DNA of 64,000 nucleotides. Source: an uncultured Actinomycetota bacterium (GTDB lineage Bacteria > Actinomycetota > Actinomycetes > Actinomycetales > Dermatophilaceae). Below the pieces are notes generated by a model, which made no database searches, was not told the DNA's origin, and worked only from the letters and a program-made list of their open reading frames with translations. The DNA lies in contig CAWDXP010000026.1 in the NCBI GenBank assembly GCA_963806295.1, positions 127,924 through 191,923 of the forward strand, given 5' to 3'. Below are positions 1-11,313 of this stretch, one piece after another. Both the position numbers and the translations under genes were made by a program. The stretch's first letter is position 1; every line of letters starts with the position of its first letter.

Positions 1-1044
1 TCGAACGACCCCGAGACCGATGCGCTGGACCACCGTGCCGCGGCCCTACGGGCTCGACGACGCCCACGACTTCCTCGCGAAGATCGAGCGCGAGTGGGGC
101 ACGCCCGACGGACGGCGCCACTGGGCGGTCACGGATGCCGCCGACCCGCGAGGGCCGCTTCCTGGGCACGGTCGACCTGCGCCCGCGTGGCGGCGGCGCC
201 GCGGAGACCGGCTTCGGCCTGCACCCCGAGGGGCGGGGCCGGGGCCTGATGGCGGGCGCGCTGCGGCTGGTCTGCCGCTGGTGGTTCGCGAGGGCGGCGC
301 CCGGGTGCACTGGCTCGCCGATCGGGGCAACTTCGCCTCGTGGCGGGTCGCGTGGTCGTGCGGCTTCGCCCACCACGGCACGGTCCCGCAGTCCCACCCC
401 GACCCGGACGACGCCGTCGGCCCCGGCGCTCGACGTGTGGCGGGCCAGCCTGGGCGCCGACGACGTGATGGAGCCGCGCACCCCGTGGGAGGACGTGCCG
501 GTGCTGGAGGCGCCGGGCGGCGACGGCATCCGGCTGCGGCCCGTGGCGCGACGACGACATCGACGCCCTCGAGCCGCGCGACCAGCCCGACCACTACATG
601 CCGGCGCGCGGGGTGCTCGACGCCGACAGCTTCCCCGAGTGGCTGATGATCCGGCGCGAGCAGATGTCGCTGGGGCGCACGCTGAGCTGGTGCGCGGCCG
701 ACGCCACGACGGATGCCGCGCTGGGCGAGGTGCTCGTGTTCGTCACCGAGGGCACCCTCGACGACGACACCGCCGAGCTCGGCTACCAGGTGGTGCCGAG
801 CGCGCGGGGGCGCGGAGTCGCGACCAGCGGTGCCCGGGCCCTGGTGGCGCACGCGTTCGCCGCCCGCTCCGCCGGCGGGCTGGGGATGCGCCGGCTGGTC
901 GCCCAGACCGCCGAGGACAACGCGGCCAGCAACCGGGTGCTCGACAGTCTCGGGTTCACCATCTGGGGGCGCGAGACGGCGGCCGACGTGCTGCCCGACG
1001 GGCGGGCCGTCGACGCCCTGCACTGGGAGCTGCTGCGCGAGTGA
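1..1044 (+). CDS. Tandem RimJ/RimL-type GNAT N-acetyltransferase (5'-truncated, frameshifted)
   Basis: Two GNAT domains spread over ORFs 20..646, 135..1151 and 598..1044: 'ETGFGLHPEGRGRGLM', 'GNFASWRVAWSCGF', 'ELGYQVVPSARGRGVAT', 'DNAASNRVLDSLGF'. Confidence 0.85.
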
Positions 1045-1050
1045 CGCGCC

Positions 1051-1173
1051 GCGGCTGGGGCAACCTTGACCTATTGGTCGATCTTGTCCCGGCGGCTGGG
1101 GCAACTTTGACCTATTGGTCGATCTTGTCCCGGGGGCTGGGGCAACTTTGACCTATTGGTCGATCTTGTCCCA
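1051..1173. repeat. 3 x 41-bp tandem palindromic (REP-like) repeat
   Basis: Unit G(C/G)GGCTGGGGCAAC(C/T)TTGACCTATTGGTCGATCTTGTCCC(G/A) starts at 1051, 1092 and 1133. Internal hairpin GGGGCAA..GACC-TATT-GGTC..TTGTCCC. Lies between convergent genes. Confidence 0.95.
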
Positions 1174-2367
1174 GTGGACTGCCGCCAGGTCGAGCCAGCC
1201 GGCCAGGAGGGCGAGCTCGGCGTCGAGCTCGGCGCGGTCGGGTGGGTCGCCCCGCCCGGGCTCCCACGTGCAGCGCCGCACCCGCAGCACGCCACTGCGC
1301 CCGGTCGGACTTCAGGTCGAGCCGGGCGACGAGGTCCTCCCCGAGGAGGAAGGGCAGCACGTAGTAGCCGTGCACGCGCTGCGCCTCGGGCACGTAGATC
1401 TCGAGGCGGTAGTCGAAGCCGAAGATCGCCCGGGTGCGGTCGCGCTGCCAGATCAGCGAGTCGAACGGCGACAGCAGGGCCCGGGCGGCAACCCGTCGCG
1501 GACGTCGTGCCTCGTGGTGCAGGTAGACCGGCCGGTGCCAGCCCTCGACGGTGGCGGGCAGCAGCACGCCGTCGGCCACGAGCGCGGCGACGGCCGGCCT
1601 GGCCTGCTCGGGCGAGAGCCGGAAGTAGTCGCGCAGGCACTGCTCCGACGCCGACCCCGAGCGCGCGGGCGGAGATCTCGACGAGCCGGCGGTGGGCCTC
1701 CGGCTCGGTCGGCCTCGCGTCGGGGTCGAGGGCCGAGCTCGCGCAGGGCGGGCGGCAGCACCCGGGCGGGCAGGGCGTAGCGCCGCTCGAACTGGGTCGT
1801 GCGCCCGGCACTGGACACCTCGCCGGCCCAGAAGAGGTGCTCCAGGGCGCTCTTGACCAGCGACCAGTTCCACCCCCAGTCGTCGCGCTGGCGGGGCAGG
1901 TCGTGGGCCAGTGCGACCTCGACCTGGCGGCTGGTCAGGGGCCCGCGCCGGTCCACCTCGTCGAGCACGGCGGCGACGAGGTCGGGGTGGTCGCGGGCCA
2001 CCCGGCGCATGCCGCCCCAGGCGTCCTCGCGGGCCCGGCGCATCCGGAAGTCGAGCAGGGGCCAGGTCGAGGGCGGCACGAGCGACGCCTCGTGGGCCCA
2101 GTACTCGACCACCCGGCGGGGGGCCACGTCGCGAGCCCGGTCGACGAGCCGGCGGTCGTAGGGCCCCAGCCGCGAGAAGAACGGCAGGTACTGGCTGCGC
2201 ACGACCACGTTGACGCTGTCGATCTGCACGACGCCCACGGTGTCGACCACCCGCTGCACGTCGCGCGTCCCCGGGTCGACCCGGCCGGGGTCGCGCGAAA
2301 CCCTGGGCGGCCAGCGCGACTCGCCGCGCGGCCCGGGTCGAGAGGTGTACGGCGGGCGGTGCGTCAC
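1153..2367 (-). CDS. YcaQ/AlkZ-like (HTH_42) DNA glycosylase family protein (frameshifted)
   Basis: '[22 protein letters not shown]', 'EYWAHEAS', '[41 protein letters not shown]'. The reconstructed C-terminus ..[17 protein letters not shown] stops at 1153. Confidence 0.9.
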
Positions 2368-3077
2368 TCATCCGTCGGGAGCAGGTGCTGCCGGTGCGCG
2401 TAGACGGCGGCCTCCACCCGCGAGTGCAGGTGCAGCTTCTCGAGGATGTTGCGGACGTGGTTCTTGACGGTGTTCTCGGAGATGCCGAGCCGCTCGGCGA
2501 TCTCGCGGTTGGCCAGGCCGCGGGCCACCAGCCGCAGCACCTCGACCTCGCGGTCGGTGAGCAGCGGCGCCGTGCCGGTGACCGGCTCGGGGTCCTGGCT
2601 GAGCCGGGTGAACTCGGCCAGGAGGGTGGCGGCCATCCCCGGCGGGATGATCGCCTGCCCGTCGTAGACCCGGCGCACGGCGGCGGCCACCTCCTCACCG
2701 GGAAGGTCCTTGAGGAGGTAGCCGCTCGCCCCGGCCTTGATCGCCTCGAACAGGTCGGACTCGTCGTCGGACATGGTCAGCATGAGGATCCGGGCCCCGG
2801 GCACGGCCTCCCGGATCCGGCGGCACGCCTCGATGCCGCCCATGCCCGGCATCCGCACGTCCATCAGCACGACGTCGGGCACCACCTCGGCGCACACCTC
2901 GACGGCGTCGATGCCGTTGCTCGCCTCACCGACGACCACGGCGGCGCCGTCGAGCTCGACGACCACGCGCATGCCACGCCGGTAGAGGTCGTGGTCGTCG
3001 GCGATCATCACGCGCACCGGCGGCGGCACGGCGCCCACGGTGGCGCCGGAGATCACGTCGTCAGCGAGCACGGGCAC
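2364..3077 (-). CDS. NarL/LuxR-family response regulator
   Basis: REC domain '[23 protein letters not shown]' plus HTH '[35 protein letters not shown]'. Confidence 0.93.
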   Translation of the reverse strand: MPVLADDVISGATVGAVPPPVRVMIADDHDLYRRGMRVVVELDGAAVVVGEASNGIDAVEVCAEVVPDVVLMDVRMPGMGGIEACRRIREAVPGARILMLTMSDDESDLFEAIKAGASGYLLKDLPGEEVAAAVRRVYDGQAIIPPGMAATLLAEFTRLSQDPEPVTGTAPLLTDREVEVLRLVARGLANREIAERLGISENTVKNHVRNILEKLHLHSRVEAAVYAHRQHLLPTDE

Positions 3078-3127
3078 ATCGTTGCAGGTGCGGCCGTCGC
3101 TGCCCAGCGGAATGTGAGGAAACGCCC

Positions 3128-3784
3128 TCAGGAAGCCGCTGCTTCGACATCGGCGGCGCCTGCCTGCTCCGACTCGTCGGTCAGCGAGCCGTCGAGGTCG
3201 AGGTGCAGGACGCCGTAGCTCCAGCCGTGGCGGCGGTAGACGACGCTGGCGCGGTCGGTGTCGACGTCGTGGAAGAGGTAGAAGTCGTGGCCGACCAGCT
3301 CCATCTCGCTCAGGGCGTCGGAGAGCGTCATCGGGGTGGAGCGGTGCACCTTCTCGCGGACCTCGACCGGGGAGTCGCCGAACGGGTCGCCGTCGTCGGC
3401 CGCGGCGACCGGGCCGCCCTCGGCCGGGGCGACGATGCGCGCGGTCGCGCTCGCGACCGACTCGGGGGTGCGACGTCCACGGTGCACCTGTCGCCGGTCC
3501 TTCTGACGCCTGAGCCGCTCCATCAGCTTGTCGATCGCCAGGTCGAGGGCGGCGTACTTGTCCTCGACGCACGCCTCGGCCCGCACCACGGGCCCCTTGG
3601 CGTAGCAGGTGATCTCGACCTTGTCACAGGCCTCCGCCTGGCGGCGGTTGGGCTCATGACTCACCAGGACCTCGACCCGACGGGTGCGGGGCTCGAGCTG
3701 GGTGATCTTCTCGAGCTTCTCCTCGATGTGTGCCCGGAAGCGGTCGGAGACGGTCAGGTGCCGTCCGGTGACGACGATGTCCAC
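3128..3784 (-). CDS. hpf: Ribosome hibernation promotion factor (long HPF/RaiA)
   Basis: 'VDIVVTGRHLTVSDRFRAHIEEKL', 'YAALDLAIDKL', 'PMTLSDALSEMELVGHDFYLF..SVVYRRHGWSYG'. GAGGAGG RBS before GTG. Follows comF. Confidence 0.95.
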   Translation of the reverse strand: MDIVVTGRHLTVSDRFRAHIEEKLEKITQLEPRTRRVEVLVSHEPNRRQAEACDKVEITCYAKGPVVRAEACVEDKYAALDLAIDKLMERLRRQKDRRQVHRGRRTPESVASATARIVAPAEGGPVAAADDGDPFGDSPVEVREKVHRSTPMTLSDALSEMELVGHDFYLFHDVDTDRASVVYRRHGWSYGVLHLDLDGSLTDESEQAGAADVEAAAS

Positions 3785-3876
3785 GTGGTCCTCCTCGTTG
3801 CTGGGGGTCTCGCTGCTCAGTGCCGAACCGGCGTCAGGGGCACCACCTCCGGAGGATCGGGGCTCATGCACCGACG

Positions 3877-4670
3877 CTAGTCTGACGGCCTTGAGGGCCA
3901 CAAGGGCGGGTCCGGTGCGCGGCGAGGTGTCGTCGCACACGTCGCTGCGACGACGTGTCGCGCCCCGGCGTCGTGCAGGGCCCGGGCGGCCTCGGCGAGG
4001 GTCGCACCGGTCGTGACGACGTCGTCGACGACCACGCAGGTGGCCCCCCGCACCACACCCCGCCACGCCACGCCGACCGCCATCGAGCCGGCCAGGTTGC
4101 GGGCGCGGGACCGTCGGTCGAGGTGCGCCTGGTCGGCCACCCGGCGGGTGTGCACGAGCGCCGGCACCACGACCAGGCCCGGCGTCGGGCGGCCCCACGC
4201 CGACGGCGACGGTCGCAGCGCTGGGCCAGGGCCGCGACCGGGTCGTCACCACGCCGCCGCCGTGAGGCACCCGCGGTCGGCACCGGCACGACGAGCACCT
4301 CCTCCCCCAGGGCGAGCCGTCGGCGCAGCGCCGGCTCGGCGGCGGCCTGCGTGAGGGCCGCCCCGAGCAGCCGGGCCAGGTGGTCACGCAGGTCGCGCCG
4401 GCCCTCGTCCTTGTACGCGGTGACCGCCAGCCGGAGCGCCCCCTCGAAGCGGGCACCGGCCCAGCACGGCGGCATCGCCGGCGGCGGTGGGCGCGGACCC
4501 GCCGGCCCGGCGCCCGACGACGCCGCACGCACCTCCACCCGACACGGACCGCACAGCGGACCGGCAGCGACGGCGTGGCACGCCGCACAGCTCGACGGCA
4601 GCACCAGCTCGAGCGCCGCTGCCAGGGCGTGCCGCACCGCCGCCCAGGTGCTCCACCACGTCGTCGCCAT
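3877..4670 (-). CDS. comF: ComF-family phosphoribosyltransferase-like competence protein (frameshifted near 4200)
   Basis: N-terminal 'CAAC..LCGPC', 'VPVPT..RRRRGDD', 'DQAHLDRRSRARNL', 'VVVDDVVTTGATLAEA'. Confidence 0.9.
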
Positions 4671-4766
4671 GCACCCCACCATGCCCACCGCACCGCCCGG
4701 ATGCCGGCGTCGACCGCACGTTGTGGATGACGGCCGCCGCGCGGGCCGCCTGTGGACGACCGGGAC

Positions 4767-6543
4767 TCAGCCGGCGGCGGTCGCGAGGTCGGTCGCGGGG
4801 CCGCTGTCGACCCACTGCGAGCCGGCCCGGCTGTGCAGGCGGCCGTCGGAGGAGATCGACCCACAGGTCTCGCTCGCCGCCGGTGGAGGCGATGCTGACG
4901 GCATTGGGCACGGGGGTCAGGCCGCGCACCTCGCCTCCGACGGAGACGACCACCGGGCGCAGCACCTTGCCGTCGAGCACCCCGAGCGCGGCGAGGGTGC
5001 GGTCGTCGAGCCAGGCGATGCTCGTGGCCCTGGTCAACGAGGCACCGACGCGCAAGGGCGCCGCGAGGCGCTGCGGGAGACCGCCACCGGTGCGCACCAC
5101 CCCCGCGATGTCGATGCGGGTGTCGGAGCCGTCGAGCTTGGTGGACAGCACGGCCACCCGGTCGCCGTCGGCGGCCACCCGTGCCTCGACGACCCGCCGC
5201 CCGTCGAGCCAGGCCGCCTGCACGGGGGTGGCCGCCGCCGTCCGGGGATCGGCCGGGTTCGCCGCCACGTCGACGACCCAGAGCCGGGGCGCCTTGCCGC
5301 CCTTGGACCCGACCCCGCCCATCCAGAGGTAGCCGCGCCGGTCGTAGGAGGGGTTGCCGACCGCACCGGCATCGAGCGGCACCTCGTAGCGGTTGGTGCC
5401 CCGCCAGCGCGAGATGCCGCCGCCATCGGGGTCGACCCCGGCGAGCTCGCTGCCGTCGGCCGCCAGCGCGAGCCGGCGGAAGGTGCGCTGCACCTGCGGA
5501 TAGGTGCCCGAGACCGCCGGCTGTCGCGGCTCCTGGTCGCCGAGGGTGCTCGGGTCGAACACCACGACGTCGTCACCGCGCCGCACGACCGGCCGGACCG
5601 CGGCGGGCGCTGTGGGCGTCGTGAAGCCGACCTCGGCGAGCGTGCCGGCCGGGCCGTCGAGGCCGCCGATGTTGACCGGCACGCCGTTGACCGACAGCTC
5701 GACCCGGCTCACGCCGGTGTCCTGGGTGAGCGTGCTGACGAACTGGGCCCACAGGTTCTGCCGGGTGTTCTCGCCGGCGCTCAGCTTCTCCTCCGAGAGG
5801 AGGTTGACCGTGGCCACCCCTGCCTCGATCGAGACGGCATCGCCGAGCAGCCGGGTGCCGGCCGGCACGGCCGTGACCGCGGTGTCCTGGAGGTGGTCCG
5901 GCACCGGCAGGAGCTGGGCCCGGGCGAGGCGGGTCGCGAGCTTGTCGACCGGGAACCACAGGGTGTCGCGCACCAGCGAGCGCCGGCTGGTGGAGACGTA
6001 GTGCACGTCGTACGGCTGCACCAGGCGGGACGCCTGGGAGCTAGCGATCCAGCGCCCGAACTCCTCGGGCAGCTCGCTGATCCGCCACTCCCCGCCCACG
6101 GTGGTCAGGCCGAAGGTGGCGCTCACCTCGGCGCCGGGTCGGGCGGCGGTGTAGCGACCCTGCGGGTTCACCGTGCCGGCCGCCCGCGCCGTGATGCGCA
6201 CGGTCGCCGGGTCGAGCAGCGTCGCCTTCGGCGCGACGTCGTCGGCCAGCAGGACCAGGGTGCGGTCGGGCTTCCACCGCTCGCTCATCTGCGTGGTGAG
6301 GAAGGCGCGCGCGTTGTCGTAGGCGCCATCGCTGGCGGCGCCGGCGCGCACGAACCCGCGCACGATGCTGTCCTGCGTCGCCCCCGAGGCCGGCCCGGGC
6401 GGGTTGACCCCGAGGACCGGAGGGTTGCCGCTGCCGACCTCGAGCCCGGGCTGGACCGGCCCACTGCGCGAGAGGCCGCCGCACCCGGCCAGGAGCAGCA
6501 CCACGACGAGCCCGAGCGCGGCCCGCGCCCGCCGGCCGGTCAC
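4767..6543 (-). CDS. lpqB: Lipoprotein LpqB (frameshift near 4858)
   Basis: Lipobox 'LLLAGC', 'ARAFLT', 'GEWRISELP', GerMN-like and beta-propeller regions. GTG overlaps the mtrB stop. Confidence 0.92.
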
Positions 6544-8192
6544 GGGTCCTCCGTCGGGCTGAGCGGCAGCGGCGACCCGTGCAGGGTGTCGCCGGCGCGC
6601 TGCGGCAGGGTGAGCCGGAACCGCGAGCCGACGCCCCGCTCGCCCCACGCCTGCAGCCAGCCGTTGTGCAGGCGGGCGTCCTCGAGCGAGATCGACAGGC
6701 CCAGGCCGGTGCCGCCGGTGGTGCGGGCACGGGCGGGGTCGGCCCGCCAGAACCGGGTGAACACGTTGGCGGCCTCCCCGGGGCGCAGGCCGACGCCGTG
6801 GTCCTCGACGACCACCGCGACGGCGTCCTGCCCGACGGCGACGTGCAGGTCGACCGGGCGCCCGTCGCCGTGCTCGATCGCGTTGACGACCAGGTTGCGC
6901 AGGATGCGCTCGACCCGGCGCTCGTCGACCTCCGCCTCGGCCGGCTCGGCCGGGGTGTGCACCGTGACGACGCTGCCGCGGCGCTCGGCCAGCGGCCGGG
7001 TCGCCTCGACGACCCTGGCGATCGTGCCGCGCAGGTCGACCGCCTCGACGTCGAGCGCGGCGGCGCCGGCGTCGAAGCGGCTGATCTCGAGCAGGTCGGC
7101 CAGGAGGTCCTCGAAGCGGTCGAGCTCGCCGGCCAGCAGCTCGGCCGAGCGACCGACCGTGGGCTCGAAGTCCTCGCGCGACTCGTGGATGACGTCGACC
7201 GCCATCCGGATGGTGGTGAGCGGGGTGCGCAGCTCGTGCGAGACGTCGGAGACGAAGCGCTGCTGCACCGCCGACAGCCCCTCGAGCTGACGGATCTGCG
7301 ACTGCAGGCTGTCGGCCATGCCGTTGAACGAGGTGGCGAGCAGCGCGAGGTCGTCCTCGCCGCGGGTCGGCATCCGCTCGTTGAGCTTGCCCGCCGACAG
7401 CCGCTGCGCGACCTCCCCGGCACGACGCACCGGAGCCACGACCTGACGGGTGACCACCCAGGCGACCGTGCCGACCAGCAGGGTGAGGATGATGCCGGCC
7501 ACGACGAAGGAGTTGCCGATCAGCCCCATCGTGGCCACCTCCTGCTCCATCGGGTAGATGAAGTAGAGGTCGTAGGCGCCGGCGGTGGGCACCTCGACGA
7601 CGCTGCCGACGATCACTGCGGGAAGGTTCCTGCCCCCGAGCTCGACCTCGGCCATCTGGACCTGCTGCTGTCCCGGGGATGCCGCGACGGCCTCCTGGAG
7701 CTCCGGGCTCACCGAGTCGAGGTCGAGGACCCCGCTGGTGAGCTTGGCCAGCACCACGTCGCTGTCGTTGCCGGCCGAGCGGTTCATGATGACGTAGCGG
7801 CTGGGCTCCGGGCCAGGCTCGGCCAGGATCCGGGTCATGATGTCGTTGGCCGCCTGGTCGAGGTCGTCGACGGAGGTCGACGTCGAGCTCTCCCAGCTGT
7901 TCTGGGCCTGGGTCGCCAGGTTGAGCGACTCGTTCGTGGCCGCCGTGACCCGGTCGCTCTCGAGACCGCTGGCGATCTGCTGGTGCAGCACACCGCCCAG
8001 GATCGACACGACGAACAGGCCGAGCAGCATCGTCGTGGTGACGACGCGCAGCTGGAGGGACTGGCGCCAGCGTCTCGCGAGGTAGCCCACCGCGTCGCGC
8101 ACCGAGCGCGAGACGTCGGCGAGGGTGCGCCGGCCTCGGACCCGACCCGATGCCAACGCGGTTCGCACACCGAGGTCGGCGGAACCGGACAC
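6540..8192 (-). CDS. mtrB: Sensor histidine kinase MtrB
   Basis: 'WRQSLQLRVV', HAMP domain, 'QQRFVSDVSHELRTPLTT', 'FTRFWRADPARARTTGGTGLGL'. Confidence 0.96.
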   Translation of the reverse strand: MSGSADLGVRTALASGRVRGRRTLADVSRSVRDAVGYLARRWRQSLQLRVVTTTMLLGLFVVSILGGVLHQQIASGLESDRVTAATNESLNLATQAQNSWESSTSTSVDDLDQAANDIMTRILAEPGPEPSRYVIMNRSAGNDSDVVLAKLTSGVLDLDSVSPELQEAVAASPGQQQVQMAEVELGGRNLPAVIVGSVVEVPTAGAYDLYFIYPMEQEVATMGLIGNSFVVAGIILTLLVGTVAWVVTRQVVAPVRRAGEVAQRLSAGKLNERMPTRGEDDLALLATSFNGMADSLQSQIRQLEGLSAVQQRFVSDVSHELRTPLTTIRMAVDVIHESREDFEPTVGRSAELLAGELDRFEDLLADLLEISRFDAGAAALDVEAVDLRGTIARVVEATRPLAERRGSVVTVHTPAEPAEAEVDERRVERILRNLVVNAIEHGDGRPVDLHVAVGQDAVAVVVEDHGVGLRPGEAANVFTRFWRADPARARTTGGTGLGLSISLEDARLHNGWLQAWGERGVGSRFRLTLPQRAGDTLHGSPLPLSPTEDP

Positions 8193-8194
8193 GC

Positions 8195-8872
<678 letters not shown>

Positions 8873-8953
8873 GTCGGCCCGTTCCTTCCGCATGCCAGTG
8901 CCACACAAGGCTGTCATCCTCGCACAGCACTCTGGGAAGACCCTGTACACCCG

Positions 8954-10588
8954 ATGGGCGACAGCGGGGAGAACTACGCTTCGGGGGTGACCCGTATCTC
9001 CCGGATTCCCGTGCTGGATGCGTCCGGCAAGATCCGGCTGGCCTTCGTGGTCCTGAGCGGTCTGGCCGCCATCCAACTGCACACGGTCGCCAAGGTGCTG
9101 CCGTGGCTGGCGCTCGTCGTCGTCCTCGACCTGCTGGTCACCTGGCTCGAGGGCCTGCCCGGAGCACGCCAGGGTGCGGTCAACCGGGCGGTCCTCACCC
9201 TGCTGTCGGTCTCGGCGGCCACTGCGGGTGTCGCCTTCGCGCTCGCCGGCGACGGCGCGGCCCTGCTCATCCTCATCCCCGCCTACCACGCCGGGTCTAC
9301 GTACGGCCGGCGTGGTTTCCTGCTCACCTGCGTGGTGGCCATCTCGTCATTCCTGGTGGCGTTGGGGCTGGGCGCACCACGCCCCTCGAGCACCCTGGCA
9401 GCTGTCGCCTGGATGGGCGCCGCCATCACCCTGGGCATTCTCGGCGCCTGGAACCAGCGGCTCACCACCGCCGAGCAGGACGGCCCCGACGACGACCCCG
9501 CGGCCCGCGAGGCGATCGAGCTGATCCAGCGCCTGCAGGACCTGTCCGGGCAGATGTCGACCGGCCTCGACGCACCCGCCAGCGCGACGCTCGCGCTGGA
9601 CCTGCTGTCGGCGGAGGTGCCGTCGACCCGCAGCGCGGTGCTGGTGACGCACGACGCCGAGCACCTGGTGCCGGTCGCGCTGCGCGGCTCGACCCGGGCG
9701 CCGTGGCACATCGCCGAGCACCTCGCCGAGCTGTTGCGCACCAACCCCGCCAGCTGGGTGCCCACCGAGGTCACCTTCGTCGACGAGCTCGGCCGGCGCA
9801 ACGCCCTCGTCGTCCCCTTCGCGTTGGGCAACGGGTCGACCACCGTCGTCATCGCCGAGCGCCCCGTCGGCCGGCCGTTCACCGACAACGAGCGGCGGAT
9901 CGCCCGCGACGTCACCCGCCGCATCGCCCCGGCGCTCCAGGCGGGCCTGCTGTTCGGCACCCTGCGGCAGTTCGCCAGCATCGAGGAGCGCAACCGCATC
10001 GCCCGCGACATCCACGACGGCATCGCCCAGGAGCTGGCCGCGCTCGGCTACCAGGTCGACGCGCTGCGCTCCCGGGCCGGGCCGCCCGGCAGCCCCATGC
10101 GTGACGGGCTCGACGCCCTGCGCGAGCAGCTCAGCGGCGCCATGGTCGACCTGCGGATGCACATCACCGACCTGCGGGTGGCCGAGCGCCCCGGCACCGG
10201 CCTGGGCGCCGTGCTCGGTGCCGCCGTGCAGAGCTTCGGCAGCGTTACGGGCGTGCGCACGACGGTCACCGTGAGCGAGGGCCAGCGGCGACTCGACCCC
10301 CGGGTCGAGATCCTCATCCACCGCCTGGTGATGGACATCCTGGCCGACGCCCAGGCCTGCGGCGCGCGCAACGCCTGGGTCACCCTGACGACGTCTGTGA
10401 CCGGCCCGGCCCACCTCGAGGTCTCCCACGACGGCGATCCCCGGGCCGCGCGGCGCTCCTTCAAGGACCCGGCCTTGGGGGGCCTGGACGCGACACTTCA
10501 CGTGGGCACCGAGCCCAACGGACGAACCACCGTTAACCTGAGCGTTCAGGAGCCCGTTTCCGTGGGGGCGTTCCGTTCGACGACGTGA
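8954..10588 (+). CDS. Membrane HisKA_3-type sensor kinase-like protein (several TM helices + GAF-like + degenerate HATPase)
   Basis: N-terminal hydrophobic helices and H-box 'EERNRIARDIHDGIAQEL'. Immediately upstream of a LuxR regulator. Confidence 0.85.
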   Translation: MGDSGENYASGVTRISRIPVLDASGKIRLAFVVLSGLAAIQLHTVAKVLPWLALVVVLDLLVTWLEGLPGARQGAVNRAVLTLLSVSAATAGVAFALAGDGAALLILIPAYHAGSTYGRRGFLLTCVVAISSFLVALGLGAPRPSSTLAAVAWMGAAITLGILGAWNQRLTTAEQDGPDDDPAAREAIELIQRLQDLSGQMSTGLDAPASATLALDLLSAEVPSTRSAVLVTHDAEHLVPVALRGSTRAPWHIAEHLAELLRTNPASWVPTEVTFVDELGRRNALVVPFALGNGSTTVVIAERPVGRPFTDNERRIARDVTRRIAPALQAGLLFGTLRQFASIEERNRIARDIHDGIAQELAALGYQVDALRSRAGPPGSPMRDGLDALREQLSGAMVDLRMHITDLRVAERPGTGLGAVLGAAVQSFGSVTGVRTTVTVSEGQRRLDPRVEILIHRLVMDILADAQACGARNAWVTLTTSVTGPAHLEVSHDGDPRAARRSFKDPALGGLDATLHVGTEPNGRTTVNLSVQEPVSVGAFRSTT

Positions 10589-10602
10589 GGTGAGGAGGCC
10601 CT

Positions 10603-11256
10603 GTGGTCATCAGTGTCGCCCTCGTGGACGACCACGCCGTCGTCCGGGAAGCCGTGGCGGGGATGCTCGACGCGCAGGACGAGATCACCGTGGTCGGACA
10701 GGCCGGGTCGCTCACCGAGGGCCTGGCCATGGTCGACCGCCTCCTCACCAGCCCGCCCGCGGGGCACCTCGTGGCCGTCGTCGACGTGACGATGCCCGAC
10801 GGCAGCGGCCTGTCCCTGGTGCGCACCGCCCGCGAGCGGTCCAAGGACATCGGCCTGGTCGTGCTGACGATGCTCAACGACGACACGACGCTGCTCGAGG
10901 CGCTCGACGCCGGCGCCTCCGCACTGGTGCGCAAGAGCGCCCCGTCGGAGCAGGTCATCTCGGCGGTGCGGCGCGCCGCCGAGATGCCGGGTGAGTTCTC
11001 CGCCAGTGGCCTCGCCGAGGCGATGCGCCGCCAGGCCGACAGCCCGCAGACCAACCTCACCGCGCGCGAGGCCGAGGTGCTCCGGCTGCTGGTCGAGGGG
11101 TCCTCGGTGGCGCAGGTGGGGCGTCAGCTGTTCATGAGCCCCTCGACCGTGAAGACCCACATCGGCAAGATCTACGAGAAGCTCGGCGCGCACAACCGGG
11201 CGAGCGCGGTCATCGCGGCGGTCCGGCTCGGGCTGGTCAGCGACATCGAGCGCTGA
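10603..11256 (+). CDS. NarL/LuxR-family response regulator
   Basis: 'LVDDHAVVRE', 'VVDVTMPDGSG', 'LTAREAEVL..STVKTHIGKIYEKLG'. GAGGAGG RBS. Confidence 0.93.
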   Translation: MVISVALVDDHAVVREAVAGMLDAQDEITVVGQAGSLTEGLAMVDRLLTSPPAGHLVAVVDVTMPDGSGLSLVRTARERSKDIGLVVLTMLNDDTTLLEALDAGASALVRKSAPSEQVISAVRRAAEMPGEFSASGLAEAMRRQADSPQTNLTAREAEVLRLLVEGSSVAQVGRQLFMSPSTVKTHIGKIYEKLGAHNRASAVIAAVRLGLVSDIER

Positions 11257-11313
11257 CGCCGCCGCGGCGCCACCGCAGGCCACGCGGGCGACCGCAGGCG
11301 TCGCCCAGTGGCC

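Noticed and set aside
1051-1173. Possible CRISPR array
   Set aside because: The units abut with no spacers, and there are no cas genes in the window.
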